The notes under the pieces were generated by a model. The model had not been told where the DNA came from. It made no database searches and saw only the letters and a list, made by a program, of their open reading frames with translations. From Felis catus (lineage: Eukaryota), in assembly GCF_018350175.1 (NCBI RefSeq), contig NC_058368.1:79734001-79798000 (forward strand): a DNA stretch of 64,000 bases. Direction: 5' to 3'. This document shows, piece by piece, positions 12,444-24,094 of the stretch; within the stretch, counting starts at the first letter, position 1; each line of letters begins with the position of its first letter. The translations under genes and the position numbers were made by a program.

Positions 12444-12619
12444 AGAAGCTCAGACCCTTGTCAAGGGTGTCCAGTACCACACTCTCAGCCTCCTGTGTCC
12501 TCAGAGATGTTCAGTCATCAATTGTTTCACCCCTCTCCTCTATTATCAATTTCTCCTTCTTTTTTCCCCTTCTTCCCCTGCCCCCAATCTATAAACTTCT
12601 CATCCTAAAAAACAAAACA

Positions 12620-13340
12620 GAATAAAACACAGAAAGAAAAGCCCAGGAACTCCGTGTCTACTTTCCACCTACTGTCTCTCTCCCTCCTCTATCAGCAGAG
12701 CACATTAGAAACTAGTCTCTGTTTTCTTTCCACTTGCTCATTTCCTGTCCGCTCTTCAAACCCTATAATCTGGTGCACATCATTGAAAGCCCTGTTGCAA
12801 GGGTCGTCAATGACCTCTTGATTCCCAAAGCCAAGGGATGGTTTTCCTCTCTTATCTGTCTGCCTTTCATCCCCGGTGCTTGCAATTCCCCCTCTGCTTG
12901 ACAACCTAGTCTCCCCGAGATTCACTCTGCCTCTCATCCCCTCCCTGGGCATCCCTTTCCTGCCCCTGTTGGGATCCTTCTGTGCTGCCCATTCACCTTC
13001 GGAGTCCCCCGAGTTCTGTCTGCTGTTCGTGCCTGTCACGGGCGACCACAATTACCTAAGGGGCTTTAGCGTCATTTACAGACGGACCACATTGCTGTTG
13101 CTACTTCGAATTCTAACCTCTTCTGACCGTCTCAGGTCATCCCTTGTCCTGTTGGCTTTCAGGCAGACACGGAGGCCTCCAGGACTGTCACAAGCCGCGT
13201 GCCCACCGCTGACCGTCCCTCTCAGCTCCCTCTTCTCCTCCTTGTCCTGCTTATCTTCCTTCTCTGGCTCTCCTGGGCCCTCCTCCCTTCATTTCCTGCA
13301 GACGTATCTAATACGCAAATCCCATTTTCCTCTTTGGACC
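12620..13340 (+). mobile_element. Decayed L2 LINE fragment
   Basis: aagggtcgtcaatgacctcttgattcccaaagccaagggatggttttcctctcttatc resembles the recalled L2 RT region; pyrimidine-rich sense strand. Confidence 0.6.
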
Positions 13341-13411
13341 ACAGAGCTTAATTCCAAAACGGCATTGGTTTTTTGTTTTGTTTTGTTTTGTTTTTTGTTT
13401 TTTGTTTTTTT

Positions 13412-13626
13412 TAATTTTTTTTTCAACATTTATTTATTTTTGGGACAGAGAGAGACAGAGCATGAACGGGGGAGGGGCAGAGAGAGAGGGAGACACAGAA
13501 TCGGAAACAGGCTCCAGGCCCTGAGCCATCAGCCCAGAGCCTGACGCGGGGCTCGAACTCATGGACCGCGAGATCGTGACCTGGCTGAAGTCGGACGCTT
13601 AACCGACTGCGCCACCCAGGCGCCCC
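13412..13626 (-). mobile_element. CAN-SINE, young felid subfamily, adjoining (TTTTG)n
   Basis: CpG-intact head gaccgcgagatcgtgacctggctgaagtcggacgcttaaccgactgcgccacccaggcgcccc. Confidence 0.97.
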
Positions 13627-14199
13627 TGTTTTGTTTTTTGAATGGAGGAGAAGAAATGTTAGTGATTGGGGAAGTGGATGCTCCATCGTTGAAACTCGAC
13701 TCGCCGTCCACCTCCCTCATGAATCGACGTTATCGTGGACGATTAACCATCACATGTGCTGTGTCACGGGTTGTATGTGAATCAGGTAAACTAGACCGAG
13801 TCTCTATCTGCCAGTTAGCTCGCAGCAAAGGTGAGACAAAGTTGATACAGCATAACTAGAAGCGAAATTTAGAGGACTCTGACACCAACATCAAACAGAA
13901 ATGAAAAGACTTCGATTATGTAATCGTTCCCGCACGAGTATCCGGGAAACTACGATTTGCACGTGCAGCCTCATTACAAGAGAGAGGAAGCATTGCCCTC
14001 CCTTCACACGATCATGAAGGATTTTAAGGAGTGCAGTGGACAGACCCCCCCCCCTCAAGGTGACCCCAGCCACCCTGCCTTCTGTTCATCCCTGAGTGTG
14101 GGCAGAACCGGTGACGTGATGCTAACCAAGGAGCAGGACGAGGGTGACAGAAGGTCGCTTGTGATGCCCCTGTGTCTGTTAGGCTCTATCTCGCAGCAC

Positions 14200-14442
14200 A
14201 CAGACCAGGGGCTCTCCCAGCTGCTTGCTGAGAGTCCTGCTGGGCGAGGAATGTGAGCCATCTCTAGGAGCAGAGGGCCTCTGGCCTTAGTTCTGAGGAG
14301 CTGAATTCTGCAGACAACCGGGGAGCTTGGAAGAAGCCCCCAAGCCTCCAGTGAGAATTCAGCCCTGGCCAACACTTTGCTTTCAGTCTGTGAGTTGTGA
14401 GGCTCTGAGCAGAGACCCACATTTAGGCCATGCCCAGATGCT
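14200..14442 (+). mobile_element. MLT1 LTR fragment (MLT1D/E/F-like)
   Basis: gagctgaattctgcagacaacc..gagcttggaagaagcccccaagcctccagtgagaattcagccctggccaacactttg. Confidence 0.7.
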
Positions 14443-14459
14443 CAATGTGTACATGTCCA

Positions 14460-14742
14460 GAAACTGGAAACTCAGGCAAGTTTCCAGGCTGCAGTTTTGA
14501 GGTGGAATTCCTTTTTCTCTAGGAAGCCATGGTGTTTGCTTTTAAGGCCTTCAACTGATTCGATGAGGCCCACCCATACATTGAGTGTAATCTCCTTTAC
14601 TTAAAGTTAACTGATAGTAAATGTTAACCACGTGTAGGAAGTACCTTCATAGAAACACCTAAATTGGTGTTTGATTAAATAACTGGGTACTGTAGTATGT
14701 ATATACATATACCCAAGATGATACATAATTTTAACAATCATA
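14460..14742 (-). mobile_element. MLT2D-like LTR fragment
   Basis: tttaaggccttcaactgattcgatgaggcccaccc...tttacttaaagttaactgat...tggtgtttgattaaataactgggtac. Confidence 0.8.
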
Positions 14743-14759
14743 ACTATAAACGAGGATGA

Positions 14760-15530
14760 ATTGCAAATTGGTAAGAGATCTAAAAGCAAAAAAGCAACCA
14801 AAAGATAACTAGAATAAAACAGTAGAAGAATTTTTCCTGTAACTTCTGAGTGGGAGGGTCCATCTGGCCATGACTCAGACTTTAAGGAGGGGCACCTGGG
14901 TGGCTCAGTCGGTTAATCGGCGGACTTCGGCTCAGGTCATGATCTCACGGCTTGTGGGTTCAAGCCCCGCATTGGGCTTTGTGCCTCTGACAGCTCAGAG
15001 CCTGGAGCCTGCTTCGGATTCGGTGTCTCCCTCTCTCTCTGCCCTTGTCCTGTTCATGCTCTCTTTCTCTCAAAAATAAATAAACGTCAAAAAAAAAATT
15101 TTTTAATATTTGCTATTTGGATCACAAAGGGCTAATTTCATAAATATATAAAAAGTTCCCACAAATGAATAAGATCAAGTACACAGAAATGGAAAAGAGA
15201 GATGAACAGAGAGTTTCTAGAAAAGAAGTCTTGTTCTTAAAATGATTTAAAAAAAAAATACACTCACTTCCGTGCACAAAAAGGAAAATGTAAATTAAAT
15301 TTACACTGCGAGACCACAGTTGTTTTTTTTTTTTTTTTTTACTAGAAGATCAGCAAAGATTTAAAACTCTGACGTTACAGTACGCTGGGGGAAGCGACTA
15401 TTCTCGTACATCGCAGGTGGCAACGTGAGTGAAGACAGCCCTGAGGAAGGCAATGTGCCAATGTGTATGAAAGTTATAAAAGCATATGCCCTCTGACGCT
15501 TGCAGGAGTGTTCCTACAAATATCCTCACA
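14760..15530 (+). mobile_element. Decayed L1M ORF2 3' fragment split by a SINE
   Basis: caaagggctaatttc..aatatataaa, gatgaacagagagttt, aaatgtaaattaaa...cgagaccac motifs. Confidence 0.65.
14889..15104 (+). mobile_element. CAN-SINE without an evident TSD
   Basis: Full SINE head, body and tail. Confidence 0.96.
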
Positions 15531-16331
15531 TGGGGTGATGCTTTCGGGGGGGGGGGTGGAGATTGGGGCCAGGGGTTTCCCCTTGGCTTTTCCAGGCTTC
15601 CTGGCACCACAAGGAACGTCAGTCCTCATTTCCTGCTGAAGAATGAACAGTAACGAGCACTCAGAGAGCCACCAAACACATCACATCCTCTCCACCGCGT
15701 GGCTCCGAGTGCCCCCCACCTCCCGGAGGACACCAGTGCCACCATGGTTTCCAGGAGCGGCTCAAAGTTCCCCCTGTCAGCCTCTTCTCTGTCTCCAGCC
15801 CCAGCCCAGCTTCTCTAGACAGAAAATTAATCCAACACTCAAAACCCCGAACGACCCTGTCGTGATGAAGCAAAGCCCGCAGAGAGCAGCTCTGGGAGGA
15901 CTAAAGGCAGCCGGGTCTGATCGCCTCCCTCCGCTGACCGTTCACCAAGCCCACGCCAAGTGCAGAGTCCAAGGCTGTGCGGGGGACGGACGCCCGCTGG
16001 AGAGGAAGAGCTATCCCTGAAGCGATGGCTTCTGCCCTTTCCTGGTCCACCAGGGCCACCCTGGCCCGTGGCCCCAGCCTGAGCAGTTCTCACTCTGCAC
16101 CGCGATCCACCCAAGCCGTCAGGCAAGCTGCAACAGAGGTGGGCACCATGCTTATCGCTGGGGAAGAAACGCAGCTGGGGTTCTAACTCAGCTTGCTGTG
16201 AGGGACTCGGGAGCATCTAGACATTTTTTCTGGCTTTAGGGTTAACCACTCCTCACATCCACGCACAAGTAATAAAATGGTTTTTAATGTCTAAGACTGT
16301 TAGTAAACCCTGATCAAGGCAGAGAAGGACT

Positions 16332-16500
16332 GGGGCGCCTGGGTGGCTCAGTTGGTGAAGCATCCGACTCTTGATTCAGCTTGTGAGACTGAGCCCCGCA
16401 TCGTGCTCTGTGCTGACAGTGCAGAGTCTGCTTGGGATTCTCTCTCTCTCCCCTGTCCCTCTCCCCCGCTCACATAAATAAACATTTTTTTTTTCTTAAT
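16332..16500 (+). mobile_element. CAN-SINE (short, internally deleted)
   Basis: Head intact; TSD gcagagaaggac. Confidence 0.93.
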
Positions 16501-17869
16501 GCAGAGAAGGACCATCCATCAATACATTGTATGCAGTCTCCTTTATCATCCTGCCTCCAGTGCTTCAAACAACTCTCTCATGCCGACATTCTGCAGACGG
16601 GCACAGGCTGTAACATTGACTTTGATTCCCACATACGATATCCCACTGAGGTCCCCAGAATGTAATTTCAAAGCACGTCACTTCCTGCATGAAATCCCAT
16701 TCACAGTCTGATATGCCTCAGGAGTAAAGAACTGTGCACATGGATTTGGGAGCCAGGGAGCTAAGTAACCGCGTGAGAAGCGTGGGTGCCTAACAAGAGT
16801 ATAAAACACTTCCCAAGGGTGAGAAGTGGCCGGAGCCCCTGGCGTACCCAGGGCCCCATCGTTCTAGTGGCCACGCCTCACGGGAGTGGTGACAGATCAC
16901 AGGCCACCTTCCCAGCTCCTGCCCCTTTCCTGTGCTCCCCACACTGGTTCCAAGGGACTGGATGTCTCAGTCCCTTCACATTCATGATCCACACTTAATG
17001 GTTCAAAAGTAGCCAGAGGAGACGAACGGAGAGAATGATGGAGTGCTTTACACCCCACCAGCTACAGGGAGGCTGAGCGGGGTCTCAGGGTCTGGGGGCG
17101 CTGCAGACAAGAGAACCCCAGCAGTGCTGCTGGCTCACGCTTGCTCTGGGACTAAGGAGGAGAAAAGAGAATTATGAGACAAGAGCCCTTAAAGACTGGC
17201 AGAAATGAGGCTGGCTCTCTCTTCCCGGCTTTAAAGAAATGTAAGTTGTGGAGTAAAACACCCTGCATGCCACCTTTACCCTAAGGTTTTTGAAACCGTG
17301 GTTGCTTTCAGGTTATCTCTGTTCTGCATCAAATCCTGAAGGGCTGGGAGAGCAGAGTAGAGGCCCTTACCTGGATAATTCAGAAGAGAAAATCAAAACC
17401 ACTTTTGCTCCAAGTTGCCCAGATCACTTAGCAGCAAGAGGAGGGTATCGTCTGAAACGGCCAGGAAATTGACCCATATTTCCTTCCACCATTTGCCAGT
17501 GAAGATCTCACAAGACAGGGTCCCAACAGCCAGCTTTTCGTTCTGGGTTAAGATAGAACAAATTGGCTCAGTAGAGAGCCCTGTGGGAATGAAGGGAGGT
17601 GCTGTCTTGTCTAGGGCTGGGCAGTGGTGGATCTCTGGCCACCGTCTCTGTGTGTGGGATGCATGTGCATTCAACGTCTTGACGTGCGTGGTAACCTCTC
17701 TCCTCAGTGTCCAGGTCTCTACCGTCACCTTGCCCAGTGTGGTCCTTCCAAAGCCTCACCTGTGTGGGTTCCTGGTGAACGTCCTCAGCAAGCAGATTGT
17801 CTTGTGCTGACCAAGTTCTCCGGGCCACGGAGGGGCTTCCTTCACATAAGACACCACGAACCACCCCCC

Positions 17870-18829
17870 GGGGCCATTTTGTTTGTTTGTTTTAATTTTC
17901 TCGCTTGAGTTGTTTCTCCTTAACACCAAACCACCTTGGCTATAAATAATACCTTCCATAAAAGGATATCGAAAATGGTATCGCCGACTGCAGCTTAAAA
18001 TACTAACAACAGAGACGCGCCATATGGATTTAGACAAAAATATGAAGAGGTGTCTGGCTGCAAATCGATTCCGTAATGTGGCTCGCGGCCTCTTTAATCA
18101 GAAAGAAGCAGAGGCACCAGGTTGTCACACACAACAGGTTGGTCACACGGATTCAGTTAGTCTGATGTGCTCTTTTAGTCTAGGCTGAGTGCTAAGTGGG
18201 CCACTCCTGGGCTCGTCCTTGGGGCCAGCACGTTGGCGAGGGCATACACAGGGGCTCCTGACACGTGCAGAAGTTCTCCTTCGTGGTGGTATCCAACACT
18301 GGGTGGGGGCCAACCCCAGTGCAGACAGCTCCACGTCAGAGATGGGTACCAGGGAGGGTCACCGGGGACCGCTGGGAGACTCGAGGGCCAGCAGTGTCCG
18401 CCCACCTGCTCCTCACAGAGAGCTGTCATGGGGATAAGGAAATGTTTAGAAGTAGAATGTGAACTAGGAAGTGTCTACACGACTTGAAGACCAAGTTCCG
18501 TTGTCGAAGGAGCCGATGTCAGGCTGGCATCATGGAGTATTCTGAAGGCAGGGATGAGACGGTGAGGTTTGCCACATTGCACATCTGAGCACAGCATGTG
18601 TCGCACTCGTACACACAGAAATCCACTGCACTTGTGATCTCGCTTCCTTCCCCACTGATTCTGGGATCTAATTCATGGCGCTCGGCAAGGAAGCCGCGGG
18701 AAGAGTGGGCCAGGGGCACAGCACGTCCCCGCACTGAGCTTTGGTGCCATTTCGCTTCTCGAGAAGAAGAATTTCCGACGCTAGGGTGACTGTAAAACGT
18801 CCTCATACTGTTCACTGGATGTCCTCCGA
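17870..18829 (-). other. Candidate terminal exon (short coding tail or non-coding, plus 3'UTR) of an unidentified minus-strand transcript
   Basis: Acceptor ttggttcttgcag| before 18829. About 960 nt without recognisable repeats. ARE-like TATTATTTATA at 17941-17951. ATTAAA at 17891-17896 followed by GU-rich GGTGGTTCGTGGTGTCTTATGTG. Confidence 0.35.
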
Positions 18830-19494
18830 CTGCAAGAACCAACGCAGATTTCAACAAAGCAGCCACCCACCTCCTCGTCACCGAGTCGCTGAGGCCTGTG
18901 CTCCGGAAAGTCATTTCCTCCAGCTTACCGGAACATTTGAGGAACCGTCAAAACATAACTCCGAGGGCCGTATGCTGGCTTTGCTGACACGTCTGACATT
19001 GCAAATCACGGGACTGTAAGTTTCTAAAAGCCGTCCTGCGACGGTGACATCCCGCCGAGGAAACGCACGCTCCATGCATGTCAGTCTTTGTTTGATCAGA
19101 GATAAAAGCTTCCGGGTTTGAAATGAAAGTGCATTAAAACATCTGATTCCTGGGACATATTAAAGACAGCAGAGCCTTGCAGACATCAAGGGGAAAGACA
19201 TCGCCGGTCGAGAGAGGAAAACACTTTGTTTTAGTGGGAAAAATCAGGCACGAAGCGAGTCTCTGACACCTATACAAATCTGCACCATTTCCAGAGTAGG
19301 GAAGTATTATGTGACCCCAGGGTGTCAGTGCAGAAGGGGGCCGGGGAGCATCTGGGTCAAGCCCCGTATTTACACCTTGGGAACAAGGCTTCCACAAAGC
19401 TCAAGAAACCGGCTGTGGACTTGAAAAACACATGCAAGGGGAAAAAATTAGAAAATGCCATCTCTGCCTGAGTTGCTCTCAAACACATGTTTGT

Positions 19495-19713
19495 TTGTTT
19501 TTTAATTTTGTAATGTTCATTTATTTTTGAGACAGAGAGAAACAGAGCATGAACAGGGGAGGGTCAGAGAGAGAGGGAGACACAGAACCCAAAGCAGGCT
19601 CCAGGCTGTGAGCTGTCCACACAGAGCCCGATGTGGGACTCGAACCCACGAACTGAGAGATCATGACCTGAGCCAAAGTCGGATTCTCAACCGACTGAGC
19701 CACCCAGGCGCCC
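19495..19713 (-). mobile_element. CAN-SINE
   Basis: Reverse-complement SINE; TSD tcaaaYacatg. Confidence 0.97.
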
Positions 19714-20148
19714 TATCAAATACATGATTTTTTCCCCCTTCCTGTTTATGTCATGTGTGAGGCCCCCTCTCTATAACCTCTGACTTGCAATCATTCTGGA
19801 TACTCAGAAAATTAATTGCTAATATCTGAAATGACTGTGAGCATGTTCCTGCACCGCTAATGTACCCAGGGGCCTGGGCTTAAAGTCCATACTTGGGCTC
19901 CTCAATGAAGTCATCAAAAGAATGGCTTTCCCTGGAACATGATTTTAAAATCAATACATTTTAAAACTCCAAAATAAACAGTTTGAAAAAAACCTACATC
20001 TGCTTGTGCAATTTAGATACTCAAAATGCAATCTTTTTTTTTTCAGATTACAAAATGATAAATTTCCAAGATAATCACTTACATTTTTAGTCTTGTCAAC
20101 AGGGACAAATGAACAGAAAAGGCTCTGCGGACACGTAATGCCTCACAG

Positions 20149-20373
20149 CAGTGTTTCTGAACTTGAACCATCGGCACATGGGGTCAGATACATTACTGCC
20201 ATGGGACCGCCCCAGGCACCCCAGGGTATTTAGGGGGCACCCCTGGACTCAGCCTACAGGGTGCAGAGCACCTTGCCTCCAGTGTGATGACGCAAAATAG
20301 AAACATCTCCCAATATCGCTGGAAGTGCCCCTTGGAAGGGAGGGGTGACATCAGCCCTGATTGAGAGCCACTG
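20149..20373. mobile_element. MER20-like hAT-Charlie DNA element
   Basis: cagtgtttctgaac...ttgagagccactg termini; internal gcacccctggactc, aaacatctcccaatatcgc. Confidence 0.7.
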
Positions 20374-20544
20374 CCCTAAAGGATATTGAGAAATTGGTGA
20401 GTTTAAGCAAGAATTAGGGGGCAGTTCTTAAGTAAACAGCTTCAGTCATAAGATCTTAATTCAAGGGAGGATTTGGAGTATAAAATTGTAAGCACAATCA
20501 GTCAATGAGAGAGTGGTATTACCGTCTCAGAGAGAATTTACACT

Positions 20545-20760
20545 GATGATAATACTAATAATAACTGAGCATCTAACCCTCTACCTGAGCAGTGACCTTC
20601 AATCCTACCAATGGCCTTTGAGGAGGGTCATATTTAACCCCCCACTTTCCAGATGAGGAGCAGTGATTTCGAAGAAGGTAATACATCACTTCCCACATAT
20701 CTGCGAAGTGGGCATTGCAGACCCCAGCCTCAAGTCCCACAAACCCCTTGCTTCCTCTGT
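20545..20760 (-). mobile_element. MIR
   Basis: ccccactttccagatgaggagcagtga core. Confidence 0.6.
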
Positions 20761-21138
20761 CTTGTCCACCAGCACAAGGCCACCTTCAGATCTCAGTAGG
20801 GGCCTCACCCACCCACGGCAGCCACATGATAAAACTTCTCTGTCTGGACAGGTCTAGATTGTGTTGTTCTGTTGGTTTGCGATTGTTATCTTGACCAGCA
20901 GGGATGATCTATTCTACCTTTTTGATTTACTACTCACTCCATGACTCCAGGGAATTTGACTATTTAAGCATTGATATGGATAAAAGCAATGTGGAGTCTG
21001 TGCAGGTCGATGAGGGTGGCCTCATTTACACAGATCTCTCCAGAGCTTTCCAACCATTGCAGCCATGGAGGACTGTGCTTTTCAAAGGTCAACCAGAACT
21101 ATTCTTTCCTTCTTACTTGCATTAGAAATGAAAAAGAA

Positions 21139-21342
21139 GGGGCGCCTGGGTGGCTCAGTCAATTAAGCATCTGACTCTTGATTCCGGCTCAGGTCACGAT
21201 CTCACGGTTCGTGAGTTCAAGGCCGACATCTGCTCTGCACTGACAGTGTGGAGCCTGCTTGGGATTTTCTCTCTGCCTCTCTCTCTGCCCCTCCCCTGCT
21301 TGCTCTCTCTCTCTCAAAAATAAATAAATAATTTTTTTTTAA
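21139..21342 (+). mobile_element. CAN-SINE
   Basis: Full SINE; TSD agaaatgaaaaag. Confidence 0.97.
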
Positions 21343-21869
21343 AGAAATGAAAAAGGAAGGTAATGCTTTTTAAATCCACTCAGTTCCTTGAATTACCAAG
21401 ACAACCACAGGACATACTCTCCAAACAAAGTCCGGGCAAACAGGCAGTGTCCCACCCCAGACGACAAGAGGCTGCGAGGAAATCAGAGCATCTGGCAGTT
21501 CAGATCCATGACCAGCTTTTAGAGTGGTCTTGTGACTGATGAATAAACGTTAATATTATAAATGAATATCAATAAATATTATGTGTGGGTGATTAATCAT
21601 ATGACAACAAAATTAATTGCAGGGGCACATTTCTGGGTCAGACAAATGTTTGAGGCTGAAAATAATAAAACATGCTTTCTATCAGAAACTGTAAGACCAA
21701 TATTGACATAGGGTCGTCATCTTTTTCTTTTTTTCATTAATATTCTGGAAGTTATGGAGAGGGAACCGAGTGACGGACAAAAAAATTAAAAGGCAAAATG
21801 TTGACGCCATAATGGAAGTGAATCCATGAATGCGACTGAATCCTAACACGGTTCATTACTTTAAAAACA

Positions 21870-23720
21870 ATCGGGGGCACATTTTCCGCGCCGCACAGTG
21901 CCTGACGCTGAGATTACAGAAGGAGTGAGTCCAGTGTGGTCTTTGTCTTCACGAAATTTGTAATTGTGAGCAAGATGGTCAATAAACCGGTAAGTAAATT
22001 TTGTTTGTATGAAACCGTGGTAAGTGCTCAGAAGGTACGGAGAATGGCCACGGGAAGGATGTGGCCTGAGAAGCCTAGGAGCACGCAGGTCCACGGGAGG
22101 TGGGGGGCGGGGGCAGAAGGTGACCAGTGGGCACACAGCACCTGCGAGCAGATGCAAGGCTGCAGGACTTGGGTGTCCTGAGAAGGAAGGAAGGAGCCAA
22201 CTCACACGGGGCCAGGGGAAGCTTGGGCAGTCATGGAGTATCCTCGGCAGTGGAGGGAGAGGACCCAGTGAGCTTTCAGGGTCTGACTAGAGGCTGCGGG
22301 GGGACGGGAGTGGAGGACGGGGCCAGCCAGCAGGGAAGGCTGTTCCGAAGCCTCTTGGGGTGGCGTGGGAGACACAGGAGGCAGGACAGAAGTACTTGGA
22401 GGTGTCACATCACCTCGGGGAGACGCAGAAGGGCCGGCTGATGGGGTGGGTGACAGGGACATGGAAAAGGAAGCATAGAAAATGGAGAATTCTTTCCTGA
22501 ACGACAAGTGTATGGTCATGGATGGAAACGAAGAGAAGAGGGGAAAGGGGAGTGAAGGGTTCCACTTTGAGTAAGCGCAGGTGTGTGTGCGTGTGCACTC
22601 CAGGCTGGACACAGAGGACCTGGTCTCGGGGGAGACGGGGCTGAACCTACGCACCTGGGGGTGCAGGGTTTGAAGCCATGGCAGAGGGAAAGGGGGTCCA
22701 GGTAAGGAGATGGGGGCAGGGAGCTGCCAATCAAGAGGAAAACCCTAAGAGTGTAAGCCTCGAGCAGGTGAAGCCACACAGAGTATCTCCTGTTCCTTCA
22801 ACAAATACGTTTGGGCCACCTGAGTCAGGCACTTTTTTTTTTTATGTTTATTTATTTTTGAGACAGAGAGAGACAGAGCATGAACGGGGGAGGGTCAGAG
22901 AGAGAGGGAGACACAGAATCTGAAGCAGGCTCCAGGCTCTGAGCTGTCAGCACAGAGCCCGATGCGCGGCTCAAACCCACGAACCATGAGATCACGACCT
23001 GAGCCAAAGTCGGACACTTAACCGACTGAGCCACCCAGGCGCCCCCTGAGTCAGGAACTTTTTGCTGCTAGTGATACGGTGGTCAAGAGACAGACAGGCT
23101 CCTGCTCTGAGAGAAATTAAGTCCCAGGAGAGTGTGATCAGCTTATGCGGAGTGGCTGTGACAGGTGGGGAGAGAGAGCACACACAAGCATCTTCTGGAG
23201 TTGGCCACGCGGAGGCCCTCCATGGTGCCAACGTGAGCAGGCCTGGGTCTGAGGAGCCCTATCGGTGTCCAGGTTGAGGTGCGAGGCTGGTGGCATATGT
23301 GGATGGGTCTTCTGAACGATGTGAGGGGTGGGGACAGGTGAGCAGGTCTAAGGAGGGGAGAAGCGGAGCCCTGGATGTATTTACTTAAAGACAGAAGCTC
23401 CCAGAATGTGCAGGACTACTAATGGGAATGATCTCTCAGAGAAGGAGACAAAACATAGCACAAAAGAGGGACCACACCCCAGACTCCAGCACTTCTTAGA
23501 ATAGGTGAGGTGGGAGGAGTCCACAGCGTATGTAAAGATAGGAAGAGAAGCAAAAAAAAAGAGAGTGGGGGTCAGTGTAGGGGGATTTATCATCATGGGG
23601 TTGAAGGGTGTGCTCTCTCACGTGATGGCGTCTGATGTCTTGGTGAAGCATCACCAGCCAGATCAGGTCACCAGCCAGAGCCAGGATAGGAAGGAGGGCA
23701 TGGGGGGCTCAACATAGAGG
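21870..23720 (-). mobile_element. Decayed L2 fragments (at least two pieces, one split by a SINE)
   Basis: cacagtgcctgacgctgagattacaga...ggtaagtgctcagaagg and agacagacaggctcctgctctgagagaa...gtcc resemble the reverse complement of L2 3' ends; purine-rich. Confidence 0.5.
22833..23045 (-). mobile_element. CAN-SINE
   Basis: Reverse-complement SINE; TSD ctgagtcaggMacttttt. Confidence 0.97.
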
Positions 23721-23775
23721 GAAGGACACCCAGTAGGCATCGGGGACAGTGAGAAAAGCTTATTAAAGAAATAGA

Positions 23776-24094
23776 GGGGAGCCCCAGATAGCTCAGTCAG
23801 TTAAGCATCTGACTTTGGCTCAGGTCATGATCTCGCGGTTCGTGAATTCGAGCCCCGCCTCGGGCTCTGTGCTGACAGCTCAGAGCCCGGAGCCTGCTGC
23901 AGATTCTGTCTCCCTCTCTGCCCCTCCCCTGCTCATGCTCTGTCTCTCTCTCTCTGTCTCAAAAATAAATAAACATTAAGAAAATTTTTTAATAAAAAAA
24001 GAAAAGAAAAGAAAAGAAAAGAAAAGAAAAGAAAAAGAAAAAGAAAAAGAAAAAGAAAAAGAAAAAGAAAAAGAAAAAGAAAAAGAAAAAGAAA
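23776..24094 (+). mobile_element. CAN-SINE whose tail expanded into (GAAAA)n then (GAAAAA)n
   Basis: SINE body 23776-23995, microsatellite to about 24095; TSD aagaaataga. Confidence 0.96.

Noticed and set aside
12040..12625. Pro/Ser-rich and Gly/Glu-rich ORFs
   Set aside because: Low-complexity C/T tract.
12876..13544. 222-aa hydrophobic ORF
   Set aside because: Runs through an L2 remnant, (TTTTG)n and a SINE.
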